Origin: Candidatus Methylomirabilota bacterium
GTDB taxonomy: Bacteria; Methylomirabilota; Methylomirabilia; Rokubacteriales; CSP1-6
Assembly (NCBI GenBank): GCA_046727415.1
Contig: JBKPCO010000035.1
Coordinates: 1,554 to 65,553 of the forward strand
Length of the DNA stretch: 64,000 nucleotides
Direction: 5' to 3'
Every line of letters starts with the position of its first letter. Position 1 is the first letter of the stretch. The translations under genes were made by a program, and so were the position numbers. Positions 21,335 through 31,027 of the stretch are shown here, piece after piece. The notes below the pieces were generated by a model. It had not been told where the DNA came from and made no database searches. It saw only the letters and a list, made by a program, of their open reading frames with translations.

Positions 21335-21946
21335 GTGCGGACGCCCCTCCTGGATCTCTTGCGGCCGGGCTTGCACCGCCTATGCCGCGCCTACTTCGGC
21401 CTCGAGCTGGCCGGCATCGAGAACATTCCCGCGGCTGGCCCCGTCATCATCACGCCGAACCATCAGACCTACGCCGATCCCGCGCTCGTGTCGATCCCGG
21501 TTCGGCGCCGGGTCTATTACATGGCGTGGAACCGGCTCTTCGAGATCCCCCTGTTCAACTGGCTCATCCGGCGGCTACGGGCGTTTCCAGTTCGCATCGA
21601 CTCGCCGGACCCGTTGTCCGCGCGGGAGGCGGTCCGGCTGCTGCAGGCCGGCCACGTCGTCATGATCTTCCCGGAGGGGGAGCGGACTCACACCGGGAAA
21701 GTCGAGCGCTTCAAGCCCGGCGCGTTCCGTCTGGCCGCCTCGCTCCAGGTGCCGGTGCTGCCGGTCACGATCACCGGCGGGCACGCGTCCTGGCCGCCCG
21801 GCCGGGTGTTCCCGCGTCGCGGACGTATCAGGATCAGCTATCACCCGGTCCTCAAGCCCGATCCCACGCTCGAGGCGCGCCGCGCCGCCGCCGACCTCGC
21901 CGATCGTGCGCGCGCGTCGATCATGACAGCGCTGACCGAGGCCTAG
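21335..21946 (+). CDS. plsC: 1-acyl-sn-glycerol-3-phosphate acyltransferase family protein
   Basis: 'PNHQTYAD' (NHxxxxD) and 'FPEGERT' acyltransferase motifs. GTG 21335 is preferred because ORF-track start 21317 lies inside the terminator T-tract. Confidence 0.85.
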   Translation: MRTPLLDLLRPGLHRLCRAYFGLELAGIENIPAAGPVIITPNHQTYADPALVSIPVRRRVYYMAWNRLFEIPLFNWLIRRLRAFPVRIDSPDPLSAREAVRLLQAGHVVMIFPEGERTHTGKVERFKPGAFRLAASLQVPVLPVTITGGHASWPPGRVFPRRGRIRISYHPVLKPDPTLEARRAAADLADRARASIMTALTEA

Positions 21947-23163
21947 GCGCTCGGCTCTTCCAGGCCGTACCCGGCTTCGACCAGGCGCTGCTTCACCGCG
22001 TCGATCTGCTCCGGACCGGCGGTTTCGAGGGTGAGCTCGACACGGCTTTCGCCGATGGCCGCGTGGGAGAAGGCGCGATCGTGCTCGATGTGCACGATGT
22101 TGGCGCGGCACTCGGCGATGAGCGCCGTCAGGCGCGCGAGCGCGCCCGGCTGGTCGCGGAGGATCACGCCGAAGCGCACGAGGCGCCCGTCCTTCACGAG
22201 GCCGCGCACGATGATCCGGGAGATCATCGTGACGTCGATGTTCCCGCCGGAGAGAACCAGTACGACGTTGTGCCCGGCGAGGCCGAGCCGCCGGTTCAGG
22301 AGCGCAGCCAAAGGAGTTGCGCCGGCGCCCTCGACGACAGTCTTCTCGATCTCGAGCAGCAGAAGGATGGCGTTGGCCATCTCCTCTTCCGTCACCGTCA
22401 CGACCTCGTCGACCCAGCGCGAGGCGAGGGCGAGGGTCAGCTCGCCGACCTGACGGACCGCGATACCGTCGGCGATGGTCGGCGCGGGCGGCAGCGTGAC
22501 GCGGCTTCCGGCCTCGAGCGCGCGGCGCATCGCCGGCAGCGCCTCGGCTTGGACGCCGATCACGCGTACGTCGGGGCGAGCGGTCTTGATCGCAAGGCCG
22601 ACGCCTGCGACGAGGCCGCCGCCGCCGACCGGCACCACGACCGCGTCCAGATCGGGCCGCTGCTCGAGGAGCTCGAGCCCGATGGTGCCCTGGCCGGCGA
22701 CGATGCGCGGGTCGTCGAACGGGTGCACGAAGTAGAGGCCGCGCTCCGTCGCGATCTCGCGCGCCCGGGCGTACGCCTCGTCGTAGTTGGCGCCGGCCAG
22801 GATCACCTCGGCGCCGTAGCGCCGCGCGGACGTCACCTTGATGAGCGGCGCCCACTCCGGCATGACGATCACTGCGCCGATTCCCAGGCGCGCCGCGTGG
22901 AACGCGACGGCCAGCCCGTGGTTGCCGGCGCTGGCGGCGGCGACGCCGGTGGCCCGCTCGGCGGCGTCGAGCTGCATCAGCAGATTTGCCGCGCCGCGCT
23001 CCTTGAACGAGCCGGTCATCTGGACGTTCTCCAGCTTGAGGTAGCAGCGCACGCCGCTCATCTCGGACAGCGTCTGCGCGTAGGCGCAGGGCGTGTCGAG
23101 GATCGCGCCCTTGAGCCGCTGACGCGCGGCCTCGATGTCGGCGACGCCCAGCATGTCCTTCAA
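21943..23163 (-). CDS. ilvA: Threonine ammonia-lyase (threonine dehydratase) with C-terminal ACT-like domain
   Basis: PLP motif 'ENVQMTGSFKERGA' and 'GGGGL'. TTG 23163 overlaps the upstream stop (TTGA). ATG 23154 is an alternative. Confidence 0.9.
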   Translation of the reverse strand: MKDMLGVADIEAARQRLKGAILDTPCAYAQTLSEMSGVRCYLKLENVQMTGSFKERGAANLLMQLDAAERATGVAAASAGNHGLAVAFHAARLGIGAVIVMPEWAPLIKVTSARRYGAEVILAGANYDEAYARAREIATERGLYFVHPFDDPRIVAGQGTIGLELLEQRPDLDAVVVPVGGGGLVAGVGLAIKTARPDVRVIGVQAEALPAMRRALEAGSRVTLPPAPTIADGIAVRQVGELTLALASRWVDEVVTVTEEEMANAILLLLEIEKTVVEGAGATPLAALLNRRLGLAGHNVVLVLSGGNIDVTMISRIIVRGLVKDGRLVRFGVILRDQPGALARLTALIAECRANIVHIEHDRAFSHAAIGESRVELTLETAGPEQIDAVKQRLVEAGYGLEEPSA

Positions 23164-24065
23164 AACGGCGTCCGCGGCTCACCGAGCGCGGGCGACATGA
23201 TCGCGACAGGCATGAGAGGAGTGGAGAAGGCGTAGCCGGGCCGGCCGCGCCAGTCGAGCAGGATGAGGCCGCCTTGCCCGCGACCCTCCTCGACGAGGAG
23301 ATCGACGGCGACCTTCGCGGCGTACTCCGGATCGCCGGCGTCCTTCAGGTACGCGAGCGTCCGGTGCCCGAGCACGACGCGGATGATCGCCTCGCCGTCG
23401 CCGGTGCACGACACACCGCCCACCGAGCTCTCGGCGTAGGTGCCGCAGCCGACGAGCGCGCTGTCCCCGACGCGACCGGGCGCCTTGCCGGCGGTGCCGC
23501 CCGTCGACGTCGCCGCGGCGATAGTGCCGCTGCGGTCCAGGGCGACCGCGCCGACCGTGCCGCCGATCGTGCTGCGCCGGGCGCGCTCGGCATGGCGCTT
23601 CCGCTGGCGGTCGGTGACGAGCGATGCGGGGTCGCACTCGGCGATACTCGCCGCGCGCGCGAACGCGAGCGCCCCTTCGCCCACCAGCAGGACGTGGCGG
23701 CCCGCGTCGAGCACGCGGCGCGCGAGCGTGATCGGGTTGGCGATGCGCGAGACCGCCGCGACGGCGCCGCACTGCAGCCGGTCGCCCTCCATGATCGACG
23801 CGTCCATCTCTACCATGCCGTCGTGGTTGAGAACCGAGCCGCGCCCGGCGTTGAACTGGGGGTCGTCCTCGAGCGCGCGCACCGCGGCCTCGACGCCATC
23901 GAGCGCAGCGCCGCCCGACGAGAGGACCTGCCAGCCCGCGAGGGCTGCGGCGCGCATACCTCGGCGAAGCTCGTCGCGCCCCTCGCCGGGATTCGCGCCG
24001 GCGCCGCCGTGGACGATGATCGTGGGCACTCGCGCCGTGGCGGAGCGGTCGGCCGATGGCGACAT
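23160..24065 (-). CDS. Isoaspartyl peptidase / L-asparaginase (Ntn hydrolase)
   Basis: 'IIVHGGAG' and autoprocessing site 'GTVGAVALD'. ATG 24065 is preferred over TTG 24101. Confidence 0.85.
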   Translation of the reverse strand: MSPSADRSATARVPTIIVHGGAGANPGEGRDELRRGMRAAALAGWQVLSSGGAALDGVEAAVRALEDDPQFNAGRGSVLNHDGMVEMDASIMEGDRLQCGAVAAVSRIANPITLARRVLDAGRHVLLVGEGALAFARAASIAECDPASLVTDRQRKRHAERARRSTIGGTVGAVALDRSGTIAAATSTGGTAGKAPGRVGDSALVGCGTYAESSVGGVSCTGDGEAIIRVVLGHRTLAYLKDAGDPEYAAKVAVDLLVEEGRGQGGLILLDWRGRPGYAFSTPLMPVAIMSPALGEPRTPF

Positions 24066-24784
24066 GCTCTTCACCGTGTCACAATCCGGGCGGATTGCCA
24101 AAACAACCGACGCTTACGCAGCTGAACCGGATGATCGTCGACTGCCGTCGTTGCCCCCGTCTGGTAGCCCATCGAGAGTCGGTCGCGGTCAAGCCGCCGC
24201 CCCGCTACCACGGCCAGCGCTACTGGGCGCGAGCCCTGCCGGGCTTCGGCGACCCGGATCCGCAGCTCCTTCTGGTCGGACTGGCGCCGGCGGCGCACGG
24301 CGGGAACCGGACGGGTCGGATGTTCACGGGTGATCGGAGCGGCGACTGGCTCTTCGACGCGCTCCACCACGCCGGCTTCGCCAACCAGCCGTGCTCCGAG
24401 CGTCGCGGCGACGGCCTCGAGCTGCGCGACGCCTACATCACGGCCGCGATCCGCTGCGCGCCACCCCTGAACAAGCCGACGCCCGCCGAGATCGCGCGCT
24501 GCGAGCCGTTCCTCTTGACGGAGCTCCGACTCTTCCGACGCGTCCGCGTGGTGGTCGGGCTGGGACGCATCGGCTGGCAAGCGTACCTGCGCGCCCGGCG
24601 CGAACTCGGCGAGCCGCCGCCCCGACCCGCGCCGCGGTTCGGCCACGGCGGCCAGGCGCGGTTCGACGACGGCGTGACGCTGATCGCGTCGTATCATCCG
24701 AGCCAGCAGAACACCTTCACGGGCAAGCTGACGCGACCGATGCTGCGGGAGATCTTCGTGACGGCCCGGAATCTTCTGGCGTGA
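24056..24784 (+). CDS. Uracil-DNA glycosylase, family 4/5 (Fe-S type)
   Basis: 'CRRCPRL', 'GLAPAAHGGNRTGRMFTGD' and 'SYHPSQQN' motifs. The start is uncertain (ATG 24056 vs ATG 24131). Confidence 0.8.
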   Translation: MATCSSPCHNPGGLPKQPTLTQLNRMIVDCRRCPRLVAHRESVAVKPPPRYHGQRYWARALPGFGDPDPQLLLVGLAPAAHGGNRTGRMFTGDRSGDWLFDALHHAGFANQPCSERRGDGLELRDAYITAAIRCAPPLNKPTPAEIARCEPFLLTELRLFRRVRVVVGLGRIGWQAYLRARRELGEPPPRPAPRFGHGGQARFDDGVTLIASYHPSQQNTFTGKLTRPMLREIFVTARNLLA

Positions 24785-24787
24785 CCG

Positions 24788-25837
24788 CTAGTCCACGAGG
24801 TCCGTGGGCAGGCGAGGCCGCTCCGACACGGTGAGCGTCAGCTCCCGTTTTTGACCCTCGCGGAGAATCGCGACGCGCACCCGCTGGCCGGGCCGCAGCG
24901 TCTTCACCTTCGCGAGATAATCCTGATGGGTCTTGATCGGGCTGCCCTCGATCGAGGTCAGGATGTCGCCGCCGACGAGGTACTCCTCGCCTTGGACGAC
25001 CACCGACATGGTCCCGCCGCGAAGGCCGGCCCGTTCGGCCGGGCTGCCTTCGTACACGACCTCGATGAGGTAGCCCGGGGAGAGCGGCAGCCGGAAGAGC
25101 GACGCGATCTGGGCGTCGATCTCGCGGCCCTGCAGCCCGAGCCACGGCCGGGCGACGCGCCCCGTCTCGCGCAGGTCGCGAAGCACCGCCTTCGCGGCGT
25201 TGATCGGCAGCGCGAAGCCGATCGAGTTCGCCTCCTCCGAGATGAACGTGTTGATGCCCATGACCGCGCCGCAGCGATCGACCAGCGGGCCGCCCGAGTT
25301 CCCGGGGTTGATGGGGGCGTCGGTCTGGATCATCGGCTGCTCGGCGAGGCCGGGCAGGATCCGGTTGAGCCCGCTCACGATGCCGCGGGTCATCGTTTGC
25401 TCGAGGCCCATCGGGTTGCCGATCGCCACGACCTCGTCACCCACGCGCAGTGCCGCCGAATCGCCCAAACTGGCCGCGGGCACGGGCGTCGTCACCTCGA
25501 GCCGGAGCAGGGCGAGATCGGTCAGCGTGTCCATCCCGAGCACGCGGGCCGGCGTCTTGGCCCCGGAATCGAGCGTGACGGAAAGCGAGGCTGCGCCGTC
25601 GACGACATGCGCGTTGGTCAGGACCTGGCCGTCGCGCTCGATGACGACACCCGACCCCACGACGGTCTCGAACCGGCGCTGCGGTTTCGCCTTGTTGATC
25701 TTGATCGCCTGGATCGAGACGACAGTGGGCGACACCCGCTCGAAGAGCGCCGCGAGCGATTCGGTGCACGGCTGCGCGAGGACCGACCGGGGAGCCGCGA
25801 GGATGATCAGCAACGTTGCGATGCCGAGCGAGCGCAT
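24788..25837 (-). CDS. HtrA/DegP-family serine protease with PDZ domain
   Basis: Catalytic 'GNSGGPLV', a trypsin-like fold and a C-terminal PDZ. ATG 25837 gives the signal peptide 'MRSLGIATLLIILAAP'. The longer ORF-track start would overlap the divergent gene. Confidence 0.9.
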   Translation of the reverse strand: MRSLGIATLLIILAAPRSVLAQPCTESLAALFERVSPTVVSIQAIKINKAKPQRRFETVVGSGVVIERDGQVLTNAHVVDGAASLSVTLDSGAKTPARVLGMDTLTDLALLRLEVTTPVPAASLGDSAALRVGDEVVAIGNPMGLEQTMTRGIVSGLNRILPGLAEQPMIQTDAPINPGNSGGPLVDRCGAVMGINTFISEEANSIGFALPINAAKAVLRDLRETGRVARPWLGLQGREIDAQIASLFRLPLSPGYLIEVVYEGSPAERAGLRGGTMSVVVQGEEYLVGGDILTSIEGSPIKTHQDYLAKVKTLRPGQRVRVAILREGQKRELTLTVSERPRLPTDLVD

Positions 25838-25876
25838 CAGGGTGGATGATACAACGGCCGGATAGGCGGCGTTCGG

Positions 25877-25882
25877 TATAAT
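25877..25882 (+). promoter_or_regulatory. Perfect TATAAT hexamer 7 nt upstream of the M16 start codon
   Basis: TATAAT at 25877-25882 and GTG at 25890. No room for an RBS, which suggests a leaderless transcript. Confidence 0.3.
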
Positions 25883-25889
25883 CAGTTCG

Positions 25890-27200
25890 GTGCGAATCTT
25901 CGTCGCCTTCCTCTCGATCGTCGTGCTCCTCGCGGCGTCCGTGGCGTCCGCGGCGGACCGAGTCGTCGCCTCCACGCTCGACAACGGGCTCCGCGTCCTG
26001 CTGCTCGAGGATCACCGGAGCCCGATCGTGTCGTTCCAGGTCTGGTACCGCGTCGGCTCGCGCGACGAGCTGCGCGGCGCGACCGGGATCGCCCACTTCC
26101 TCGAGCACCTGATGTTCAAGGGCACGCCGACGCGCGGACCCAAGCAGTTCGCGCGACTGGTCGAGGAGAACGGCGGCCAGGACAACGCGTTCACCTCGCA
26201 GGACGTCACCTCGTACTACGTCGACATCGCCGCCGACAAGATCGACCTCGTCATCGACCTCGAGGCCGATCGCATGCAGAATCTGCTGCTCGATCCCAAG
26301 GAGATCGCCTCCGAGCGCGAGGTGGTCATCGAGGAGCGCCGCACGCGGACCGAGGACGACCCGGGCGGCTTCCTCGGTGAGGAAGTCGGCTCGATCGCCT
26401 TCAAGGCGCATCCCTACGGTTTTCCGATCATCGGCTGGATGGAGGACATCAAGCGGGTTACGCCGGCCGAGATTCGCGCCTTCTACAAGACGTACTACGT
26501 ACCGAACAACGCGATCGTCGTGGCGGCCGGCGACTTCAAGACGCAGTCCGTGCTGGAGAAGATCCAGAAGACGTTCGGGAGGATTCCCAAGGGCAAGACG
26601 CCGCCACCGGTGCTCGCCGTCGAGCCGCCGCAGAACGGCGAGCGGCGGGTTATCGTGACGAAGGAAGCCGAGCTTCCCGTCGTGTACATGGCCTGGCACG
26701 TGCCGAACCACCGCTCGAACGACGCGCCCGCCCTCGAGGTGCTGTCGACGATCCTCTCCGGGGGGCGCGCCTCGCGGCTCTATCGCGATCTCGTCTACCA
26801 GCGCCAGCTCGCGCTCGAGGCGGGCGGCGACTACTCGTATTTCGCCCTCGATCCGAATCTCTTCTGGTTCTGGGCCACGCCCATGCCGGGCCAGAAGCCC
26901 GAGACGCTGGAGGCCGAGCTGGCCAAGCACATGGAGCGGCTCAAGACCGAACCGGTGACCGACGAGGAGCTGGCGCGCGCCAAGAATCAAATCGAGTCCT
27001 CGTTCGTCTTTCAGGAGGACTCGGTCCACCGCCGGGCTTCGTTGCTCGCGCGCTTCGAGCTGATCGGCGGCTACGCGCAAAAGGACACCTTCGTGACCAA
27101 GATTCGGGCGGTGACCGTCGCCGACCTGACCCGCGTGGCGAACGCGTGGTTCGCGTCGGACCGGAAGAGCGTCGGCGTGCTGCTGCCGAAGCCCCGATGA
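25890..27200 (+). CDS. M16-family zinc peptidase (catalytic-type subunit)
   Basis: Signal peptide and inverted zincin motif 'HFLEHLMF' (HxxEH). Confidence 0.9.
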   Translation: MRIFVAFLSIVVLLAASVASAADRVVASTLDNGLRVLLLEDHRSPIVSFQVWYRVGSRDELRGATGIAHFLEHLMFKGTPTRGPKQFARLVEENGGQDNAFTSQDVTSYYVDIAADKIDLVIDLEADRMQNLLLDPKEIASEREVVIEERRTRTEDDPGGFLGEEVGSIAFKAHPYGFPIIGWMEDIKRVTPAEIRAFYKTYYVPNNAIVVAAGDFKTQSVLEKIQKTFGRIPKGKTPPPVLAVEPPQNGERRVIVTKEAELPVVYMAWHVPNHRSNDAPALEVLSTILSGGRASRLYRDLVYQRQLALEAGGDYSYFALDPNLFWFWATPMPGQKPETLEAELAKHMERLKTEPVTDEELARAKNQIESSFVFQEDSVHRRASLLARFELIGGYAQKDTFVTKIRAVTVADLTRVANAWFASDRKSVGVLLPKPR

Positions 27201-28522
27201 GACCGCGCGCCGCCCGAACGCGAGTCGTTCTCGCGGCCGTGGCCGCCCTGGCGGGCGCGCTCGGCGCGGCACCGGCCGGCGCCGCCCCGCTCGCGCACCG
27301 GGAGGTCTTGCCCAACGGCATCGTGCTGCTGGTGGCCGAGCGGCCTGCGGTGCCGATCGTCGCGGTCCGTGTCCTCACGCGGGCCGGTGCCGTCTTCGAC
27401 CCCGACGATCGGGCCGGGCTCGCGAACCTGACGAGCGCCGTGCTGACGCGAGGCACGTCCAAGCGGACCGGGCCCGAGATCGACTCGGCGATCGAGTTCG
27501 TCGGGGGCAGCCTCGAGGCCGGGACGGGCCGTGACAGCCTCACGGTCGCGCTGTCCGTCCAGAAGAAAGACCTCGCCCTCGGACTCGATCTCCTGTCCGA
27601 GGTCGTTCTCTCGCCGACCTTCCCGGCCGCAGAAGTGACGCGGAAGGTGGCCGAGATCCAGGCGGCCATTCGGCGGTCCGAGGAGGATCCGAACACCCTG
27701 GCTATCCGTGCCCTGTCCCGGCTGGTCTATCCGGACCACCCATACGGCCGGCCGGTCGAGGGCACTCGCGAATCGGTCGCGCGCCTCACACGCGACGACG
27801 TCGTGAAATTCTACGCGCGGCACGCGCGCCCGGACGCCACCATCGTGGCGGTGGTCGGCGCCATCACCGTCGACGAGGCGCGCCGCGAGATCACCGCGCG
27901 CCTGGGCTCGTGGGCCCGGCCGTCCGACCCGCTGCCCTCGATCACGCCGCCGACCACGGCGGCGACCCCTCGCGAGGAGAGCATCAAGCGCGAGCTGACG
28001 CAGTCGACGCTCATGTTCGGTCGGCGCGCCGTCCGGCAGACGGACCCGGACTATTTCCCGCTCTCGGTCGCCTCCTACGTGCTGGGCGGGGGCTCCACTT
28101 CGCGGCTCTACACGAAGGTGCGCGAGGAATCGGGGCTCGCGTACGCGGTCTACAGCTGGGTCTCGCCGGCGCGTTACGGCGCGGCCTTCGCGGTCAGTGC
28201 CCAGACCCGCACGGCCGAGGTGCCGAAGGTCGCGGCGTTGATCCGCGAGGAGCTGGCCCGGATGACCCGCGAGCCGGTCTCGGACCGCGAGCTGTCGCTC
28301 GCCAAGCAGTTCCTGATCGGGAGCTTCCCGTTCCGGCTCGACACGTCGGCGAAGGTGGCCGATTTCCTCGCCGCCGTCGAGGACCAGGGGCTCGGGCTCG
28401 ACTACCCCGAGCGGTACAAGGAGCGCATCGGCCGCGTCACGGCAAGGGACATCCAGGACGTCGCGGCCAAGTACTTTCCGCCGGCCTCCTTCAGCCTCGT
28501 GACCGTCGGCGAGATCAAATGA
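27197..28522 (+). CDS. M16-family peptidase, non-catalytic-type partner
   Basis: M16 fold similarity with no HxxEH ('LANLTSAVLTRGT' at the equivalent place). ATG 27197 overlaps the upstream TGA. Signal peptide present. Confidence 0.85.
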   Translation: MRPRAARTRVVLAAVAALAGALGAAPAGAAPLAHREVLPNGIVLLVAERPAVPIVAVRVLTRAGAVFDPDDRAGLANLTSAVLTRGTSKRTGPEIDSAIEFVGGSLEAGTGRDSLTVALSVQKKDLALGLDLLSEVVLSPTFPAAEVTRKVAEIQAAIRRSEEDPNTLAIRALSRLVYPDHPYGRPVEGTRESVARLTRDDVVKFYARHARPDATIVAVVGAITVDEARREITARLGSWARPSDPLPSITPPTTAATPREESIKRELTQSTLMFGRRAVRQTDPDYFPLSVASYVLGGGSTSRLYTKVREESGLAYAVYSWVSPARYGAAFAVSAQTRTAEVPKVAALIREELARMTREPVSDRELSLAKQFLIGSFPFRLDTSAKVADFLAAVEDQGLGLDYPERYKERIGRVTARDIQDVAAKYFPPASFSLVTVGEIK

Positions 28523-29091
28523 GGCTCCGCGCGGCCACATACCTTCTCGGTCTCCTCGTCGTGGGGTCGCCGGAGGTGCTCGCCGCGTCGTTCACGCTGG
28601 ACCCCGAGCAGCGAAGCGACGCGATCCGAGTCGGAGCCCGCTCCGTCACGCAGGAGGTTTTCGACGCCGAGTGGCGCGTGGCCAACCCGTCGGGCGACAG
28701 CCTGATCGTGCTCACCCCCTTCCATCGGCTCGTCATTGCGGCGCGCCAGGCCGCGTTCAAGAACGAGCCCTTGAAGCCGGACGAGCCGGAGAAGCTCCTC
28801 AAGAGCCAGGAGGATCGGCTGGTGATCCTGGCGCAGCTTCGCGGCCCGCGCGAAGACTTCGCGCGCTTCTACGCCCCGCGCCTCGTCGCTGGGGACGTGG
28901 AGATCGCGCCCGCCTTCGTCCAGAACGAGCGCACGGCCCTTCGCGCTGAAGGCGGAAACTACGTGGCGCGCTGCGTGTACCGTTTCCCGACCAAGGATCT
29001 GACGGCGAGCTCGCGCGTGCTGCTGCTCATCCGCGACGCGGACGGCCGCGACGTCAGTAGCTTCACGATCGACCTCGCCTCGATGCGCTAG
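28519..29091 (+). CDS. Hypothetical secreted protein
   Basis: 190 aa. ATGA overlap with the upstream M16 gene, signal peptide 'MRLRAATYLLGLLVVGSPEVLAAS', coding-like GC3. No family recognised. Confidence 0.6.
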   Translation: MRLRAATYLLGLLVVGSPEVLAASFTLDPEQRSDAIRVGARSVTQEVFDAEWRVANPSGDSLIVLTPFHRLVIAARQAAFKNEPLKPDEPEKLLKSQEDRLVILAQLRGPREDFARFYAPRLVAGDVEIAPAFVQNERTALRAEGGNYVARCVYRFPTKDLTASSRVLLLIRDADGRDVSSFTIDLASMR

Positions 29092-29108
29092 GGGAGGGAG
29101 CCCGGGTC

Positions 29109-29966
29109 GTGCGGGCGCACGGCTGGATCGGGCTCGGCATCGTCGTCGCCGCAGAGGCGCTCCTGCTCGCCCGCGAGCCGATCATCGCGGGCTGGTTCAC
29201 GCCGATCGTCTGGACGGGCTACGTTCTCTTCATGGACGGACTGGCCGCGCGTCTCACCGGGCGCTCTTACCTCACGACCGATCGCGTCGAGGGCGTGCTC
29301 GTGGCGCTGGCGTCGATCGGTTGCTGGTGGCTCTTCGAGCTCTACAACGCGCCGCGGTTCTGGCGCGGTGGCGAGGCCGTGGCCGGTCTCTGGTGGCGCT
29401 ACCACAACATCGAGCCCAATCTGTTCGTGCGGCGCGTCGGCTACGACTGGGCCTTCGCGACGATCTTTCCCGGCCTGTTCCTCACCGCGACGGTCCTGCG
29501 CGCGACGGTCTTCGCGCGCGCGCGCGTCACACCCTGGCGCCCGTCACCGCGCGCGCTCCAGCTCGCCGTCGTGGTGGGCGCGGTGAGCGTCGCGGTGCCC
29601 GTGTTGTTCGTCTCGGCCTGGCTCGTCCCGCTCGTCTGGATCGGCTGGGCGCTCCTGCTCGAGCCGCTGAACTACCGCCGGGGGCGGCCCTCGTGGCTCG
29701 CCGACCTCACGGGCGGCGACGCCTCGCGCCTGCTGGCGCTCCTGGCCGGCGGGGCGGTCTGCGGCGTGCTCTGGGAGTTCTGGAACTACTGGGCGGCGAC
29801 GCGGTGGACGTACAGCGTCCCGTACCTCGGCTCGGTCAAGATCTTCGAGATGCCCGTGCTCGGCTACCTCGGCTTTCCGCCCTTCACGCTCGAGTGCTAC
29901 GCCATGTATCACTGGCTTCGCGGACGGCTCGGTGCGGACTGCGGCCTCAGGCCGCCCTTGCTATAA
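29109..29966 (+). CDS. Hypothetical polytopic membrane protein
   Basis: 285 aa with several hydrophobic, Trp-rich segments. GTG 29109 is preceded by GGGGAGGGAG. No family recognised. Confidence 0.6.
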   Translation: MRAHGWIGLGIVVAAEALLLAREPIIAGWFTPIVWTGYVLFMDGLAARLTGRSYLTTDRVEGVLVALASIGCWWLFELYNAPRFWRGGEAVAGLWWRYHNIEPNLFVRRVGYDWAFATIFPGLFLTATVLRATVFARARVTPWRPSPRALQLAVVVGAVSVAVPVLFVSAWLVPLVWIGWALLLEPLNYRRGRPSWLADLTGGDASRLLALLAGGAVCGVLWEFWNYWAATRWTYSVPYLGSVKIFEMPVLGYLGFPPFTLECYAMYHWLRGRLGADCGLRPPLL

Positions 29967-30005
29967 TCCCGCGGCAGCGAGCCGATATTCAGGGAGGACG
30001 ATCTC

Positions 30006-30974
30006 ATGAAAGCCATTCGCGTGAACACGCCGGGCGGTCCCGAAGTTCTGCGCTACGAGGATGTGGCGGAGCCCCAGCCCAAGTCCGGTGAGGCTACGGT
30101 CAAGATCGACGCCGCCGGGATCAACTACATCGACGTCTACCAGCGCTCGGGCCAGTACAAGCTCAACCTGCCGCTGACGCTCGGTCTGGAAGCCGGCGGC
30201 ACCGTGACCGCCGTCGGGCCCAACGTGACCGAGGTGAAGGTGGGCGACAAGGTCGCCTATACCGGCGTGGCGGGCGCCTACGCGCAGTACGCCGCCGTGC
30301 CGGCGTCGCGGCTCGTGGGCCTGCCCGCCGGAATCACCACCCGTCAGGGCGCGGCGGCGATGCTCCAGGGCTTGACGGCGCACTATCTCGCCTGCTCGAC
30401 CTATCCCCTCAAGAACGGCGACACCTGCCTCGTGCACGCGGCGGCCGGCGGCGTCGGATTGCTCCTCTGCCAGATCGCGAAGATGCGGGGCGCGCGCGTC
30501 ATCGGGACGGTGTCCACCGAGGAGAAGGCCAAGCTCGCGCGCGAGGCCGGGGCGTCCGAGGTCATCCTGTACACAAAGCAGGACTTCGAGGCCGAGGTGA
30601 AGCGGCTGACCGACGGCAAGGGGCTCCAGGTCGTCTACGACTCGGTCGGCCAGACCACCTTCGACAAGGGGTTCAACTGCCTGGCGCCGCGTGGCATGAT
30701 GGCGCTCTACGGTCAGTCGAGCGGCCCCATCGGCCCGTTCGACCCGCAGACGCTCAATGCCAAGGGCTCGCTCTTCCTCACGCGGCCCAGCCTGAACCAC
30801 CACATCATCACGCGCGCCGAGCTCCTGCAGCGCTCTGAGGAGCTCCTCGGCTGGATCCGCGACGGCAAGGTCAAGCTGCGCACCGAGTTCGAGTTTCCGC
30901 TGAAGGACGCGTCGGAGGCGCACCGAGCGCTCGAAGGCCGGAAGACGACGGGGAAGGTGCTCCTCATCCCCTAA
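30006..30974 (+). CDS. qor: NADPH:quinone oxidoreductase (zeta-crystallin-type MDR)
   Basis: 322 aa. '[10 protein letters not shown]', 'HAAAGGVG' and 'GKVLL' are typical of Qor. Confidence 0.9.
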   Translation: MKAIRVNTPGGPEVLRYEDVAEPQPKSGEATVKIDAAGINYIDVYQRSGQYKLNLPLTLGLEAGGTVTAVGPNVTEVKVGDKVAYTGVAGAYAQYAAVPASRLVGLPAGITTRQGAAAMLQGLTAHYLACSTYPLKNGDTCLVHAAAGGVGLLLCQIAKMRGARVIGTVSTEEKAKLAREAGASEVILYTKQDFEAEVKRLTDGKGLQVVYDSVGQTTFDKGFNCLAPRGMMALYGQSSGPIGPFDPQTLNAKGSLFLTRPSLNHHIITRAELLQRSEELLGWIRDGKVKLRTEFEFPLKDASEAHRALEGRKTTGKVLLIP

Positions 30975-31027
30975 GGATCACAGCGGTTCACAGTCGTCCG
31001 CGATAGAATGACCGCGGAGGTACCCCA

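Noticed and set aside
21382-23235. 617-aa (+) ORF and the 535-aa (-) ORF at 21575..23182
   Set aside because: Both are alternative frames over plsC and the threonine dehydratase gene. They are Arg/Gly/Pro-rich with no recognisable domains. The 406-aa frame carries the PLP 'SFKERGA' motif.
25437-28540. 611-aa and 489-aa minus-strand ORFs (25437..27272, 27071..28540)
   Set aside because: They are antisense shadows of the two M16 peptidase genes. They have low-complexity Arg/Gly/Asp composition, no motifs and no RBS context.
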